The notes below the pieces were generated by a model. That model searched no databases and had not been told where the DNA came from. It saw only the letters and a program-made list of their open reading frames with translations. A stretch of DNA of 64,000 bases from the human T2T-CHM13v2.0 reference genome, Homo sapiens: the NCBI RefSeq assembly GCF_009914755.1, contig NC_060931.1. One strand, given 5' to 3'. Numbering within the stretch: position 1 is the stretch's first letter; each line of letters begins with the position of its first letter. This document shows, piece after piece, positions 1 to 16,800 of the stretch. The position numbers and the translations under genes were made by a program.

Positions 1-2949
<2,949 letters not shown>

Positions 2950-3020
2950 GAATTAGAAACAAAGTAAAAAGAAAAAGAAAAAGAAAAAGAAAAAAGAAAA
3001 GAAAGAAGAAGAAATAGAAA
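2950..3020 (+). repeat. A-rich (AAAAAG)n low-complexity tract after the L1 poly(A)
   Basis: aaaaagaaaaagaaaaagaaaaaga... visible directly. Confidence 0.8.
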
Positions 3021-3039
3021 ATCAGAACAGATCTATAAA

Positions 3040-3630
3040 AGTAAAGAGATAAACTAGTAATCAAAAAAAACTTTGCACAAAGAAAATACTGTGGTTGAAG
3101 GCCTAGTGGTTTCCCTGGTGAATTCTGCCAAACATTTAAAGAATAATTCATAACAATACCCCATAATTTCTTCCAAAAAATAGAGAAGGGGGGAACTCAT
3201 TATTTGAAGCCACTATTACCCTGACACAAGGCCAGAAAAAACATCATAAGAAAATAAAAATACAGAGTAATATTCCCCATGAGTAGAGATGTAAAACTCC
3301 TCAACAAAATACTAGCAAATCAAATAATCAAAGAAACATAAAAAGAATTTTTATGGTGTAAAGAATTTTACACCATTACCAAGTGGGCTTCACTCCAGGA
3401 ATGCAAGGTTGGTTTATCATTCAAAAAATAAATTAATGTGCTACCCCATATTAATAGAATAAATGACAAAAACTACATGTTCGTCTCAATACTTACAGAG
3501 AAAACATCTGACAAAATTCAACATTCATTCATGATGATTTTAAAAACACTCAACAAACTACAAATATCAAGCAACTTCCTCAATGTGATAAAGAACATGT
3601 GAGATAAACCCACAGTTTGCATCATAACGT
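3040..3630 (+). mobile_element. Old L1M ORF2 (RT region) fragment
   Basis: Degenerate copy of the ORF2 segment seen at ~270-840 (e.g. ctcctcaacaaaatactagcaaatc; caagtgggcttcactccaggaatgcaaggttggttt). Confidence 0.85.
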
Positions 3631-3639
3631 GAAAGACAG

Positions 3640-5790
3640 AATCTCAGAATATAATCTTACCTGGAAATAGTGTCTCTGCAAATGAAATTAGTTAGGATGA
3701 AGTCATATAGGATTAAGATACGCCCCAAATCCAATGACTAGTATCCTTTTAAGGCCACATGAAGACACACAGGAAAGAAGGCCATCTAATGACAGAGACA
3801 GAATGGAATGAGGCAGCTAGAAGACAAGGAATGCCAAAAAAAAAGAAAAAAAAAAAAAAAAAACCAGCCTGTCACCACTACGAGTGGTGACACTTCTACA
3901 CCCTTCAAAGGGAGCATAGGCCTTGAATTCAGGCTTTTAGCCTCCAGAACTGTGAGAGAATAAATTTCTGTTGTTTTAAGCCACAGAGTTTGAGGTAATT
4001 TGTTACAGTACCCATAGGAAACTAATATAGATTTTAGTACCAGGGCATGGGGTGCTGCCATAACAAATATCTGAAATTGTGGAAGGGACTTTGGAATTGG
4101 TTAATGGGTAGAGGCTGAAAGAATTTTGAGATACATGATAGAAAACCTAAATTGCTTTAAAAAGTTTGCTGGTGGAAATATGGGCATTAAAGGTGATTTT
4201 GGTGAGGGCTCAAAGGAAAAGAAGAGAATAGTAGAGTTTCTATCACTTTAGGTAACACATATGTCATCATGATTAGACTGATGGTAAAAATGTGAACATT
4301 GAAGATGCTTCTGGTGAGGTCAGAAGGAATTGAAACACATGATTAAAAAACTGGAGGAAAGGTGATTACTGTTATAAAGTGGCAGTAGAGCTGACTGAAT
4401 TGTGTTCTAGATTTGGATGGAAAGTAAAAATTGTGAGATATAAACTTGGAGATTTAGTGGAGAACATTTGCAAGCAAAGTGTGGAAGATGTGATCTTATT
4501 TCTCCTTGCTTCTTATAGTATAAATGCAAGAGGTGTGAGATAAATTGAGAAGGGAACTATTATGTGAAAGGAACCAGCATTTACTGCCTGAAAAAATTCT
4601 CAGCCTATCTAGATAGCAAAAGATGAGAAAATATGGTCTGGAGAGAACACCAAAGGCGAGGTGGACAAAAGTTTGTTGATGAGATATGTGACTTACAAAT
4701 ACAATCAACCATCTTATCAGAAGCCACAAATAGAGATGGAGTTATCTAGAAACAAATCTATGCAAGACTCCCTTGTCTAATGGCTTGAACGCCCATGAGC
4801 TGCATAGGAAGCAGACAGGTTTTTGAGGATTTTGTGCCAGTAGGAACACTGTCAGCCTGTACTAAAAGGGGTAAAGATGGGGTAAAATGAAAGAAGTCTG
4901 GCTCCAAGGACTGAGCCATGGATGCAGTAGATGGGGTCATTATTGCTGCAGCCCAGAAGATGGAGCACCAAGTCACAGAGAATTATTCTTACATCTTGAA
5001 ACTTAATGGAATCAGGAAACCTGTTGGCTAACAGAGGCCCCTTTATTCCTTCAAATTTCTCCCTTTTTGATTGGAAATATCTCTCTTATGTTTGTCCCAC
5101 CATTGTATTTTGGAAGCAGATACCTTATTTTCTGGTTTCACAGGTCCACAGATGAGAAATTTTCCCCAGGATGAACCATACCCAGATTCTCACCAATACC
5201 TAATTTTGATAATGAGATTTAGGACTTTTTTAGTTGATGATATTTAGATGAGATTTTGAACTTATAAGTGATGCTGGAATGGGCTAAGACTTTGAAGGAT
5301 GCTGAGATTAGGTAAATGTATTTTGCATGTGGGATGAATGTGAATTTTGGGGAGTCACAGGGACGACTGTATGGGATTGAATGATGATCCCCCAAAACAC
5401 ATTGGTCTAAAACCTCAGAATTTCACCTTATTTGGAAATAGAATCTTTGCAGATGTAGTTAGCTAAGTTGGAGTCATAATGGGTTAGAGTGAACCCTAAA
5501 TCCAATAACTGGTGTTCTTATAAAAAGGTCATATGAAAATACTCAGGAAAGAAAGCCCTGTGACAACAGAAGTAGAGATTGGAGTGATGCAGCTACAAGC
5601 CAAGACCTGCCAGGAACCACCAGAAGTTAGGAAGTAGCAAGAAAAGATTTTTTAGAGCCTTCAAAGGGGATATTTTCCTGCTGACACCTTGATTTCACAC
5701 AGCCTTCAGAACCATGAGAGAATAAATTCTCTTGTATTAAGTCATGCAGTTTGTGGTGTTTTGTTACAACAGTTCTAGGAAGCTAATTCA
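3640..5790 (+). mobile_element. MLT1-type MaLR element: 5'-truncated LTR (~3640-4029), internal region (~4030-5367), 3' LTR (5368-5790)
   Basis: Two homologous LTRs with MLT1 hallmarks (ccagaactgtgagagaataaatttctgttgttttaagcca...ggaaactaata and cagaaccatgagagaataaattctc...ggaagctaattca). Internal region starts gattttagtaccagg. Confidence 0.85.
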
Positions 5791-5809
5791 TCAACCTTGA
5801 ATTATTGTG

Positions 5810-6257
5810 ATAAATCTTTATCTTCTACCTAGGTATTGTATCCATTACTGAAAGTAAAATATTGAAATCTCCAACTGCTACCAAATTGTCGGTTTCTCCC
5901 TTCAATTCTGTTAATTTTTGCTTCGTGTATTTTGGGGTTAGGTGCATGCATGTTCATAATTGTTATATTTTTGTGATAGTTGACCTTTTCATCATTATAA
6001 AATTTCTCTTTATCTCTAATAACAATTTTCTTTGTTTTGATTTAAAGTCTAATGGTCTGATATTAGTGTAGCCATTCTGCCTCTCTTAGATGGTTGCTGT
6101 TTGCATGGTATAGCACTTTGGATCCTTTTATTTTAAACCTATTTGTGTCTTGTGTCTTTGAATCCAAGGCATGTCTCTTGTAGTCACCATATAGTTTGAT
6201 CTTTTGAAAAAAAATCCAGTCTGACAATCTCTTTCTTTTGATTAATCCATTCTTCAA
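5810..6257 (-). mobile_element. Old L1M ORF2 endonuclease-region fragment
   Basis: ORF 6063-6257(-) IKRKRLSDWI...DTNRFKIKG..LYHAN resembles the L1 EN N-terminus (IKRHRLASWIK...DTHRLKIKGW..IYQAN). Confidence 0.8.
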
Positions 6258-7104
6258 TATGCATAAATATGTATGTTTTGCATTAATTCTGGAATTTTGA
6301 ATTTTTAAAATAGATTCTGATTCTCATGAAATTCTCCATCTTTACTCATTAATCAAAGCTATTTTTTAAGTCTGTCTCTGATAACACTAATAACTGGGTC
6401 ATCTGTGGATGTTTTTATTGCCTTTTCCCTCATAGTTCAGATTTTTAATATTCTTTGAAATTTTTGACACAATGTTAGCTATTAGATATGATACATTTTA
6501 TAGTGTCTGGATGATATATTCCTGGTGGGAAGATAGAGTGGTGGCAGGCAGACTGCATTAATTCAATCAATCATTCAGTTGACTTGAAGCTAAGTTACAA
6601 TTTTTATAAGGTATAATTTACTTTGATTCTCCTGTTTGTATCTCTACAGAGTTCTTAAATGAGATCCTGGGATATGTACTAGTGGCTTTCCCTTTTGAAG
6701 GGTTGTGAAATAACATTTTTATCTCTCAGTGCCATGATGCATAAAAACTAAAAATCTTTTTTCTGGCTTTCAGCAAGTTTCCGCCTCTTTTTTTTCTTTT
6801 TTTTTTTTTTCCCCTCTCTGAGCAATCCAAGAATTCAGCAAATACTCAAGAGGAAAACAAGGAAAGTGCCAGGCTCACTTCTCTGAACTTCCTGTCTTAC
6901 TAGGATCTCTGCTCTCCCAAGTGCGATTGGTTTAAAGGCCCTGTTCTTTTTGTTTCTCCAGTCCTGTGTGGTTTCCATAACTTGTTTGCTTCTCTGATTC
7001 TTAACAGTAACTCTCTTCTTGGGCCTTTTACCCAGATTTGGCAAATTCCATAATGGAAGAAGTAGCTGCAGAATGTCTGCTCACTTCTCTGGTTAAAATA
7101 CTTT

Positions 7105-7661
7105 TGTATTGGGAGTCCCCAAGACCACGCCAGCACCCCAGGTTCAGTGATTCAACAGAAGCACTCACAAGGCTCAGCATATAGTCATACTCATGGCTAT
7201 GATTTATTAGAGAAAAGTACTACAAAGCAAATCAGCAAAGGGGAAAAGGACATGGGGTGAAGTCCAGAGGAAACCTGACACAAGATTCCAAGAATCCTTT
7301 GCCTGTGGAATCACACAGGCTGTGGTTAATTACTTCAGTACTGAATTGTGACAACAGGTGTGAAATGTTGTCTGCCAGGGATGCTCGTTAGAGTCTTACT
7401 GCCCAAAGTTTGTATTGGAAGTTAGTGATAGAGGCACCCTCTGCCCAGCACAAATCATAATTCCAGACTCCTAGAAGCAAAGCGGGAATTCAGCATAAAC
7501 CATGTTGTTTATATAGTTTACAAAGAGTAAACCCCCTTATCAGTTAGGGAATGGTGGGAACATTCCGGTAATCCAAGTTCCCAGACACTAGCCAAAGCCC
7601 AGCTTTAAAATCAGGGCTAAGGATAGCATCTCAGCCTCTTATGTTAACTCTTTTCTGCACA
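7105..7661 (-). mobile_element. MER21-family LTR
   Basis: Minus strand begins TGTGCAGAAAAGAGTTAACATAAG, the MER21-type 5' end; TG...CA termini. Confidence 0.75.
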
Positions 7662-8231
7662 CCTTCTCTCTGGCGTTTTGTCTTCTAGAGTCCTGTTTAG
7701 CTGAAAGTTCTTCAATGGCTTCAAACAGAGGTTTTAAGCAATTTTACCCAAAGCTGCTTGTTGTTCTCAATGAGTGTTGCTCTGCTATAGAAGTGTCTGG
7801 TTATTTTTCTTTTCTCTTGTGAAGACTGTATTTGAAAAATTGTAGAACTTGAGGCTTAAGATGATGGGGGTTTTTTTCCACCTCCACAGAGGATTTGTTT
7901 ATTACCAAGCACTTAGGGGATCATTTTTAATCTGATTTCAGGAATTGGGATGGTTTGAATCTGTGCTGAATTCCCTGTGTATGGGGGAGAGTTGATGCAC
8001 TTTCAATTCACTCTTACTCCTATGGTGGAGCTTTTTTGGGTCCCAGCCCAAAGCATGGGAATTTCCTAAGCCCTCTTTTATGACTTGGCAGGCACTGGCA
8101 TTCAGTTTTTGTCCTCCTAATATCCTGGAGCAGTAAGAAGCACTGCTTATCCCCTTAAATGCTTCTAGAATCAGCCAATACCTCCAGGAAAGAAGTTGTG
8201 CCAATGCTTGCCTCTCTAGATTTTCATGTTT

Positions 8232-8562
<331 letters not shown>

Positions 8563-8649
8563 TAGTTGCCAATGGGAATTTTGATGTTAATTACCTAGTT
8601 TCCCATGACTGAAAGTGTAATTCTACCTCTACCTCACTGATTACATTGT

Positions 8650-9560
8650 AAAATAAGTTTCTTAGAAGCAATATTTTGGGGAAAATCATAATGGTGAACA
8701 GGAAGCTTATTATTGCACACACAAGCATGGTGCTTAGGGAAGGCAAACTTAAAGCCAGATCCAGAGTAAGGCTCTATTCCATGAGGACAAATAGTTGTCT
8801 CTCCATGAAAGAAAATATTTGATATAATCAATCTGCCACTAACTATCTGGTCACCCTCAGATGTTATATCTTAGGATGGTCACTGCTGCTGGCCAGTTCG
8901 GCTCCTGGCAGTAATAAGGACAGCCTTGATGAAAGGAGGCCTGTATTGTTGAAGTTCCTGTGTAGCCCTATCCTTCCAGTATAGCCGCTTTGCCCATAAA
9001 CTGTTTGAACAAAGGCTGGAATACCAAAGAGATTTACTGATATCCTCAAAGTCATCTTGACCATCTGATTATTTAGCACCTCCTTCACCACAGGGCCTTT
9101 GTTTAATATGTCTGTAGGAAACAATTATTCTTGCAATCTGAGCCTATTTTAAGAAGTCCAATATGTTTAGCTCCCAATTTTTGTCACTCATCCTCCAATC
9201 TTATTACGTCTGTGTTTCCAACCACCTGGCCAGGTATAAATGGTGTAGATCTGTATCTTGGGATGGCTCACTTTCGGTGCAAAGCAGACTAGAAATACTG
9301 CTCATATTTATTCTCGCTGGAAAAAGTTCATTTCCTCACTGTCCTCCAGAACCATCTTTGAGTGAAGCTGAAACACTGTAGGCTATGTCTAGCTAGTATC
9401 AGCATGCTGTGCAATACTGCTTGTATAACCAGTCTCAATTTTACCCCTTCAGGGAACTGGGAAATGTATATTATGTCCTATTGTACGAGTATTCATGGGT
9501 TTGCTTGCTTGTTTGGTTTGTCCTTCTTTCAAACATATCCTGTCTCATCAAATTCAACTT
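8650..9560 (-). mobile_element. Ancient ERVL-class internal (pol RNaseH/integrase) fragment
   Basis: Minus strand aaataatcagatggtcaagatgac...gggcaaagcggctatactggaaggataggg...tcatcaaggctg...ggccagcagcag resembles the ERVL integrase HHCC-coding region; heavily decayed. Confidence 0.6.
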
Positions 9561-10495
9561 GGTGGATATAAATGAATTTAAAGGCTTAAGGAAAGAATAA
9601 ATATTGAAACAAAAGTCTTAAACTAGAGGGGAAACTAGAGGGGAATTAGAATAGAGGAAGAAAAAGTGGTGATGCTCTTCCAGAGGGTTTCATTTCAAGG
9701 GATTTGGAGGTGAAAATGTTTGTAGAAAATTACACAGCACAGCAGGCAACATAGAAGTAGAAATATGTTGGCTAAATGAAGAGAGTAAAAGTTTAAAGAT
9801 AAATGCATGATAGGCTTTCAGTAGGCCGTAGTGGATCTAGGATACAAAAAGTTAAATATACTTGTAGTTTCTACAAAAGGAAGCAAGTGAGACAAGGAGC
9901 AAGAATTCAGTGTTGAAGTTAGGCCTTTCCTACGTTGTTTTCTGATTAGTCCAGATACCATTCATATTCACCACAAATCTACAGGAGTGAATAATAAATG
10001 TCAAACATTAGCCCAGAAAATTCTTCACACCATTCATAGTCTAACTAAAGAGAAACATGATGCATAATTTACTTCTCAAAACATTTTTATGCAGGCATGC
10101 TTAAAATAATCAGAGTAAAGCTTTACAACCTTCATTTTCATCTCCATGAAGAATATTAGAGAATAAAAGGAGTTTCAAAGACTTCTATTGAATAGAAGAG
10201 AAGCAACACAGTCTCTCCTATGCTGCCACTGATTTCCTGGATTCGATTTATATTCTATCTAGTAAAACAAATCTTTATTCACCATTATGTATTAGTTATA
10301 TTATATTCCCACAGGGCTGTGGTCTAGTGAGGGAGACAAATATGAGAAAGATAAGTCACAGCACAATGTGATGTGGATTATATTAGAACACTTAACAAGT
10401 GTGAACCAAGTGTTATAGAGGTCAAGAAGCTACAGAAATCTTTGCGATCTTCAGCAGAACACTAAGAAGTCACCAAAGATACATCAATTGTTGGA

Positions 10496-10532
10496 GCTCC
10501 AGTGGTACGATCAGTTAGCATGCCGTACTTAT
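10496..10532 (+). pseudogene. 5'-half tRNA-Ile(TAT) retropseudogene fragment
   Basis: gctccagtggtacgatcagttagcatgccgtacttat versus tRNA-Ile-TAT GCTCCAGTGGCGCAATCGGTTAGCGCGCGGTACTTAT; most differences are CpG transitions; ends at the anticodon. Confidence 0.8.
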
Positions 10533-10789
10533 GACCTGTCAATTGCTATATACATAATATTGACTTATAATCTTTGAATAGAGAGAGCTAAGAAAAACAA
10601 ACTGAATCCATCAGTGTCAATACAGCTTGGATAAGACTGTAGCCCATGTATGTCAACATAACTTAGTTGTTTATTCCAGGAAATCTTTGCCCAGGAAAGA
10701 TAAGATTACAAACAAAACAAAGCAAATAAAAACAAGAACAATCCCTATTTTTTTGTTGTTGTTGTTTGTAGAGGAAATTCCTAAGGTTG

Positions 10790-11113
10790 AAGACAATTCC
10801 TACAGGTGAAGCCCTGCTCACCTGGGCAAACAGCTTGTTTCTCAAACAACAGTTGACTTTTCAGGAATCTTCAAGAACCCTGCTTGCTGTGTCCACTAAT
10901 TCTGAACTATCAACTTTGCTAATCCCAATCAGTTCCCTGCCTTGACAGACATACCTTAAACCATTTGAGCATAGATCCCAAAGCCCTACAAATAATCTTA
11001 CTTTCTGGTTCTGACACACAACCAAATCAAGGTGGCACTTTCTCTTACCACAGTAAGTCCTATTATTTACTTGTGCTTTATTAACAGGTCATCTGATATT
11101 TGGGAAGTTCAAC
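10790..11113 (+). mobile_element. LTR fragment (MER21/MER77-like)
   Basis: 3' end tgctttattaacagg...gatatttgggaagttcaaca resembles these LTR ends; by eye only. Confidence 0.45.
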
Positions 11114-11349
11114 AAGGATTTTTTAAAAGGCTTGCTCATTTAGTTGGTGTGTAGTGCTGTATGGTAGAATCATTTTTCTATGTCAGGCCAATTCACCTTC
11201 ATTAACAGGTCTATGCTGATAACGTTACTCAACTGGCTTTATTTTAGGTAGGCCTCATTTAAAATACAAGATCTCTTCAAGAAGTTTGCCCTTTCTAACT
11301 ACAATCCACTACCAGATATCCAATTCATTGCTGTCAGCTACTAGACCAT

Positions 11350-11521
11350 ATTTTACATTTGTATAAGCCATCAACTGAGGAACCCGTTAGAAATACAGGT
11401 TTCCATGCTTCACTCACAGTGATTCTGATTCAGGGAAATTAGCACAATGCCCAGGAATCCCCATTTAAAAAAAAAATTTCCTAATGCAGGCTGTCTTTAG
11501 ACCACACTTTGAGAAACAATG
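11350..11521. mobile_element. MER5-type hAT-Charlie MITE
   Basis: gattctgattcag...cccaggaatc...gaccacactttgagaaacaatg. Confidence 0.65.
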
Positions 11522-11619
11522 CTCTCCTCCCCCATACTAGCAAACGTAAGTGTGTATTATACATATACACACACTCATATTTAACTACTGCACACATTTA
11601 TAATGCAAGTGGGATCATA

Positions 11620-12075
11620 CACTGAATAATCAATGTAAATCATCACATACAGATCTGCATTCTTTTTAATGGCTACATTATATTCCACTATATGTACGTA
11701 CCATAATTTATCTATTCCTCTATTAACAGACATTTAGATTTGCTGGCTTGTTTTTGCTATTACAAGCAATACTGCAATGAATACCTTGCATGCTTATGTT
11801 TATATATTTGTGCTAAATTTTCAGTAGAATACAGAGAATGGAATAAATATAGAAGAGTAGGATGGCTGTTTCAGAGGGTATGAGATACACTTTAAAGTCT
11901 GATAGATCCTGTTGAACTGCCCACCAATTCATTTGTACCAATCTACAGTCCTGCTAATCATCTCAGTGACTAATGATTTCCCCATACCAATGTCAATACT
12001 AGAACCAATCTTTTTCATCTTTATCAATCTGACAGGAAAAAAAAAGAGAAATCTTATTTTAATTTGCATTTTACC
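11620..12075 (-). mobile_element. L1ME 3' region fragment
   Basis: ttctttttaatggctacattatattccactatatg...gctattacaagcaatactgcaatgaata, typical antisense L1M 3' sequence. Confidence 0.7.
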
Positions 12076-12289
12076 ATGCTTTTACTAACAGAATAACGAG
12101 CATTGTTTGACCACTAAAACACAATTATCTCTAATTCTGTAAAATGTATTATGATTTACTTTTAGAACACTTTGATTTTATCTTACCTTAAAACTATTAC
12201 CTGTAAGACAGATGGGGTGAGTGAATTTTAAATACATCTCTATTAGGTAGGATTTAATTAGTATCTTCTTTTACCAAGCTATATAAAGT

Positions 12290-12445
12290 GAGAGTCCTAA
12301 GACCTGTGTTCAAGGCTGAGTTTTGCCACTCAGCAGCTAGGTGACCTTAGCCAAGTACTCTACCCTATTGAGAGCTTCAGTTTCCTCTTCTGTAAAATGG
12401 GGATTCTATGCACTTTATAGGATGATTTTGAGGATAAGATGATCA
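12290..12445 (+). mobile_element. MIR
   Basis: Core gtgaccttagccaagt...cttcagtttcctcttctgtaaaatgggga. Confidence 0.75.
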
Positions 12446-12814
12446 TTTTAATTACACATATTAGCTACCACTACTATCACAATAACATAATGCAAAGAAA
12501 ATAATAACTACAACTGGTTGTAAAAAATCTTTCTCTACAATTATAAAACAGTTATCTTGATATTAACAAAGTCGGGTTGTAGGAGGTGAGTCAGCTATGT
12601 GGACTACTGGAGTTACTGGAAGAGTGCATATTGTATAGGACAAAATACTGCTTACAAAATCACCACTCTGGTTCTCTACAAGTACCCTTCTAAGAGTAGT
12701 TAAGAACACATTTCCTAAATTACTTAGTTCCTTAGATGAAATGGAATTAACCAAACATATAATCAACTACAAGCCAGGAATTTTTTCAAGTGTCTAATAG
12801 GTTAATAGGTTCTG

Positions 12815-13123
12815 TTTTTTTTTTGTTTTTTTTTTTTTTTTGAGATAGAGTCTCACTCTGTTGCCCAGGCTGGAGTACAGTGGCATGATCTCGGCTCACT
12901 GCAGCCTCCGCCTCCCAGATTCAAGTGATTCTCCTGCCTCAGCCTCCTGAGTAGCTGGGACTACAGGTGCCCGCCACTATGCCTGGCTAATTTTTGTATT
13001 TTTAGTAGAGATGGGGTTTCGCCATGTTGGTCAGGCTGGTCTTGAACTCCTGACTTCAGGTGATCCACCCACCTCGGCCTCCCAAAAGGCTGGGATTACA
13101 GGTGTGAGCCACCGCACCCAGCC
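12815..13123 (-). mobile_element. AluS element
   Basis: Full dimer, T-tract on the left, ends accgcacccagcc. Confidence 0.97.
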
Positions 13124-13391
13124 ATAAGTTCTTTTTTCTAAGTACATGCTATAATGCAATTCATGTAATGCCACTGAGATTTCCTAAAGCCAACAAACAA
13201 AATTCTAAAATTGTACTGTTAAAGAAAACACTGAAGACTTATCCTTGATTCTTTTCCAAAGCTAACATCAACCTAACTCATTTATTGTCTCATAAATGTC
13301 TAGATACCTACCACGCACAAAGTCCTATCTAGGTACTAGGGGCATATAATCTCTGTACTCAAGAGATATAGACTCTTTCTTCTTCTTTTGC

Positions 13392-13505
13392 TTTTTTTTT
13401 TTTTTTAAGAGATAAGATCTCGTTATATTGCCCAGGCTGGTCTCAAATTCCTGGGCTCGAGTGAACCTCCTGAGTAGTTGGGACTACTACTCACCACACA
13501 TGGCA
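13392..13505 (-). mobile_element. Alu monomer/FLAM-like fragment
   Basis: T-tract followed by ttgcccaggctggtctcaaattcctgggctcgag. Confidence 0.75.
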
Positions 13506-13824
13506 ATAAAGATTCTAAAGTTAGAAGGACAAAGTGATGTTACCTAAATTTGCCTGTGCTTCTGATATGACAAATAATCCGCCACTGGTGAATGGCCCAT
13601 AGAGCTCATCTTCATCTTTGGATGAATACGAGTGGACCTGTCATACTCCTCAGCCCTATGACATGTAAAGCACAAAGCCAGGAATGAGGTCATTGTCTTA
13701 TCACTTACCCCCAAAAGCTCTCAATGGCTCAACTTACCTAAGTCTTCCTCCTTTATTCTCTTCCTTCATATCAAAACTTCTGCAAATTTTTATAATAATT
13801 TTTTAAATGAGTAAACTGATCTGG

Positions 13825-16800
13825 AAAAAATATTTTTTTCAGTTTTTATTTCAATAAAACAAGAGGCAACACTTGTTGTATAAAGTACTACATATGGAGA
13901 ACATTTACACAAATATACAAAAATTCAAAAAACTAAACTCCAGTTTATTTCCATAGCCTTAAGAAGGTAGGGAACACACAAAAATAGCCAAAGTCGTCGT
14001 TTATTCTTTAGGAATGTAAACTCTAGGAATACAATTAGAAACAAATATATTTACTATGAAAAGATTAGTATCACTAAATGATTAGAAATAAAGGTAAGAG
14101 GTACACAATAAGTTCCATATAAGAGAAAGCAACAATACGTGAAATAAAATCTTGGGTTTATGGTAAAAACTTCCTATTAAGACAAATGTACTCTAAAACT
14201 CTACTATAAAAAAACACAAAAACATCTCCCAAAATGTTCGTTGTTAGTTTCTTTAGATATGCACAAGTTACAAAGTATAGAAGACAATATATTTATGCTC
14301 TCTGATGAAGAATTTAACAATATTAAACATAAATCTGAATAACTCAAAGTACTGAGGATAATTTTACTAAGCAACAAATGTAGAAGTATAAATTCATGCT
14401 CATTAAAGGACTAGAGAGTTTTAATTTTTCATACAAAGACTGGGAGGACACTATTATACATTAATTTCTATCTACAATGCTTAAAGTACCCATCAAATTA
14501 TTTTTCTTTTTAAGTGGTTTTTAAAAAATATTTTTCAGTTACATTATTCAACATGTATATATTTCCTTGATGTGCTTCCCTTTAATACAGATTTATTGTG
14601 CCTAAACGCAAATGTTAACCTGCCTTATTTTAAATATTTGTTTAAAATTATGTCTCAGAGTACATCTGTTCTCTGTAATTCAACAGTTTTAACATTTTAG
14701 TTTTATTCTTCCAAAATAGGCAAAATCCCTTAAAACTGGGATCATTTTGATCTATTTTGGTTTTAAAAATATATTTCCCTTTAATTCAACTTTTTAAAAA
14801 AATGAGTAATATTTGCTGAGCAGTTGCTTCACAATTGAAAAGAGCAATGAAATATTGCTTTTTCAAAACAAACTTCAGGCATCATTTAAATGCCAAGAAT
14901 TCCAACTCTTCAAGTCTTGAGAGCTTGCCTTAAAAATTTCCATAGTGGTATACAAAGGACTCCAGGGTGCTTTCCTGTGGCTTCAGGAAGGGAAGGGAAG
15001 ACATTTGCCCTGGGTAGTCTGGGACAGTCCCTTGAAAAGTCTATTTTTGTTTCTCTCCCCACTTGGATTCCAAAAAGCTAGTGCTGGCTCCAGTGCCACC
15101 AGAATACTCCAGGCCGTTGGGTTTTCAAATGTGAGAGGTTGGGTGATTTCAAGAATCTATAGAGATTTAAAATGTGCAATGAAGCCACAATTTCTGTTCA
15201 GATCCTCTGAAATATGGGGTGCAAGACCCCAATTTTGTGTGGAATCCTTCTCATGATAAAAATATTATTCTGGATACTTAGGAGATCTGTGACCATCAGC
15301 ATCTTTATAAGAAAGTGACCTACAAAAGCTACCCCAATTTTCAAATTTGAAAGTTCAGTGGGGAGAAAGTAGTATGGATAATAGTAATGGTTACCATAGT
15401 TAAGATTATCCAATTTTCATAATTTCTATAAAAACTTTCAATGTGTAATCCTTATTTGAAATAGTATCAAAGGAACTATAAAAGAATTTTGTTGTTAACA
15501 TAACTCCGCTCTCCAGAAAATCAATTAGTGCAAATCATTTGAAGCAAAAAATCAGAACCATTTCACTGAGCAAGTCTTCAGAGATTTTTTAAAAAGAATA
15601 TACAAATGCAAATTTGTTGTGCAGTATATAAAAGGGTGGCACCCCTTTTCACACTTAAAATTTCAGGCATTTACAGCTCTGATTCCATTTATAGTTAACA
15701 AGAAAAATATAAAGTGTTACTTTTTTACTGCAAAAATAAGGATCATTAGCAATCTAGAATTCAAATACTTAAGAAGCCATATGTCAATATTATTAAACTA
15801 ATTAATTAGCTGTCAAAACCAATGAAGATTATAATGATCTAGTGTCTGACACATTTGATCTAGGGCTGTGAGACCACTGGGAATTCTACATATTAGACGA
15901 GTAATTTGTTTGCACTCTGATACTTTCTTCTCATAAAAATCACTTGGGAACCTTGTTAAGAATGCAAATTCTGATTTAGTAGACCTAGAGTGGCATGAAA
16001 TTCTGCATTTTTAACAAGATACCAGATAATGCCAATCCTACTTACTGGTCCTCAGACCACACAGCTAGCAAAGGTCTAGAGAGGTCTAAATGAGGTTCCA
16101 TTACAGTGATAGAACATGAAAATCTGATCTCTCAGCTCTGTCAGCTAACATTTCCCCAAACTTATTCTACAATGTTTCCTAAGCACCTCAACTTGCTTAA
16201 AATGCCAATCTTAAAATGCCAAATTAGTTTTTAATAATACCAATACTATTAATAACTATGCACAGGGGAAATTCATTGTTAAAGAATGACAAAAAGACAT
16301 CTGTAAATTCACAGTGATATTTTACAAATATTTTAAATTGTACACAGGGTTCCTATTAAGTTAATACAATATCAAGTTTCACTGCCCGATTGCCTTACAG
16401 TTCTTAACTACAATTTATGGCAATAGATCTTATTCCATTCTGTTACTGGAGCTAAAAGAAAATCAAATTCATTTATGTCAAAATCCACATTGTAAACAGG
16501 GCTAATGAATGAAAACGAGTTCATGCTTTTTGAAGAACTCGGTTTAAACTGGCAGCCAAAGCAGTTGCAGTTAAAACTATGTCCAGAGTATAAATGCTTT
16601 GGCAGCCTTCAAAGCATACAAATTTTTCATATATCTGAGCTCTGCATAAGCAGGTACAAGAGGAAAACACTAGCATGCTCTCTTGGTGACTACAGCAAGG
16701 GACTATGAAGAAGGAAACCGCTGTGCAGTCACAGTGAAAAAGAGCCAAGAACTGGACAGCTCCTTAGGTCTTCCTCAACGGTCAACTGACTCAGCCTCAG

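Noticed and set aside
6788-6810. T-run as a far-distal HYCC1 3' end
   Set aside because: A genomic A-tract on the transcribed strand is a typical oligo-dT internal-priming site, and no adjacent canonical AATAAA was seen
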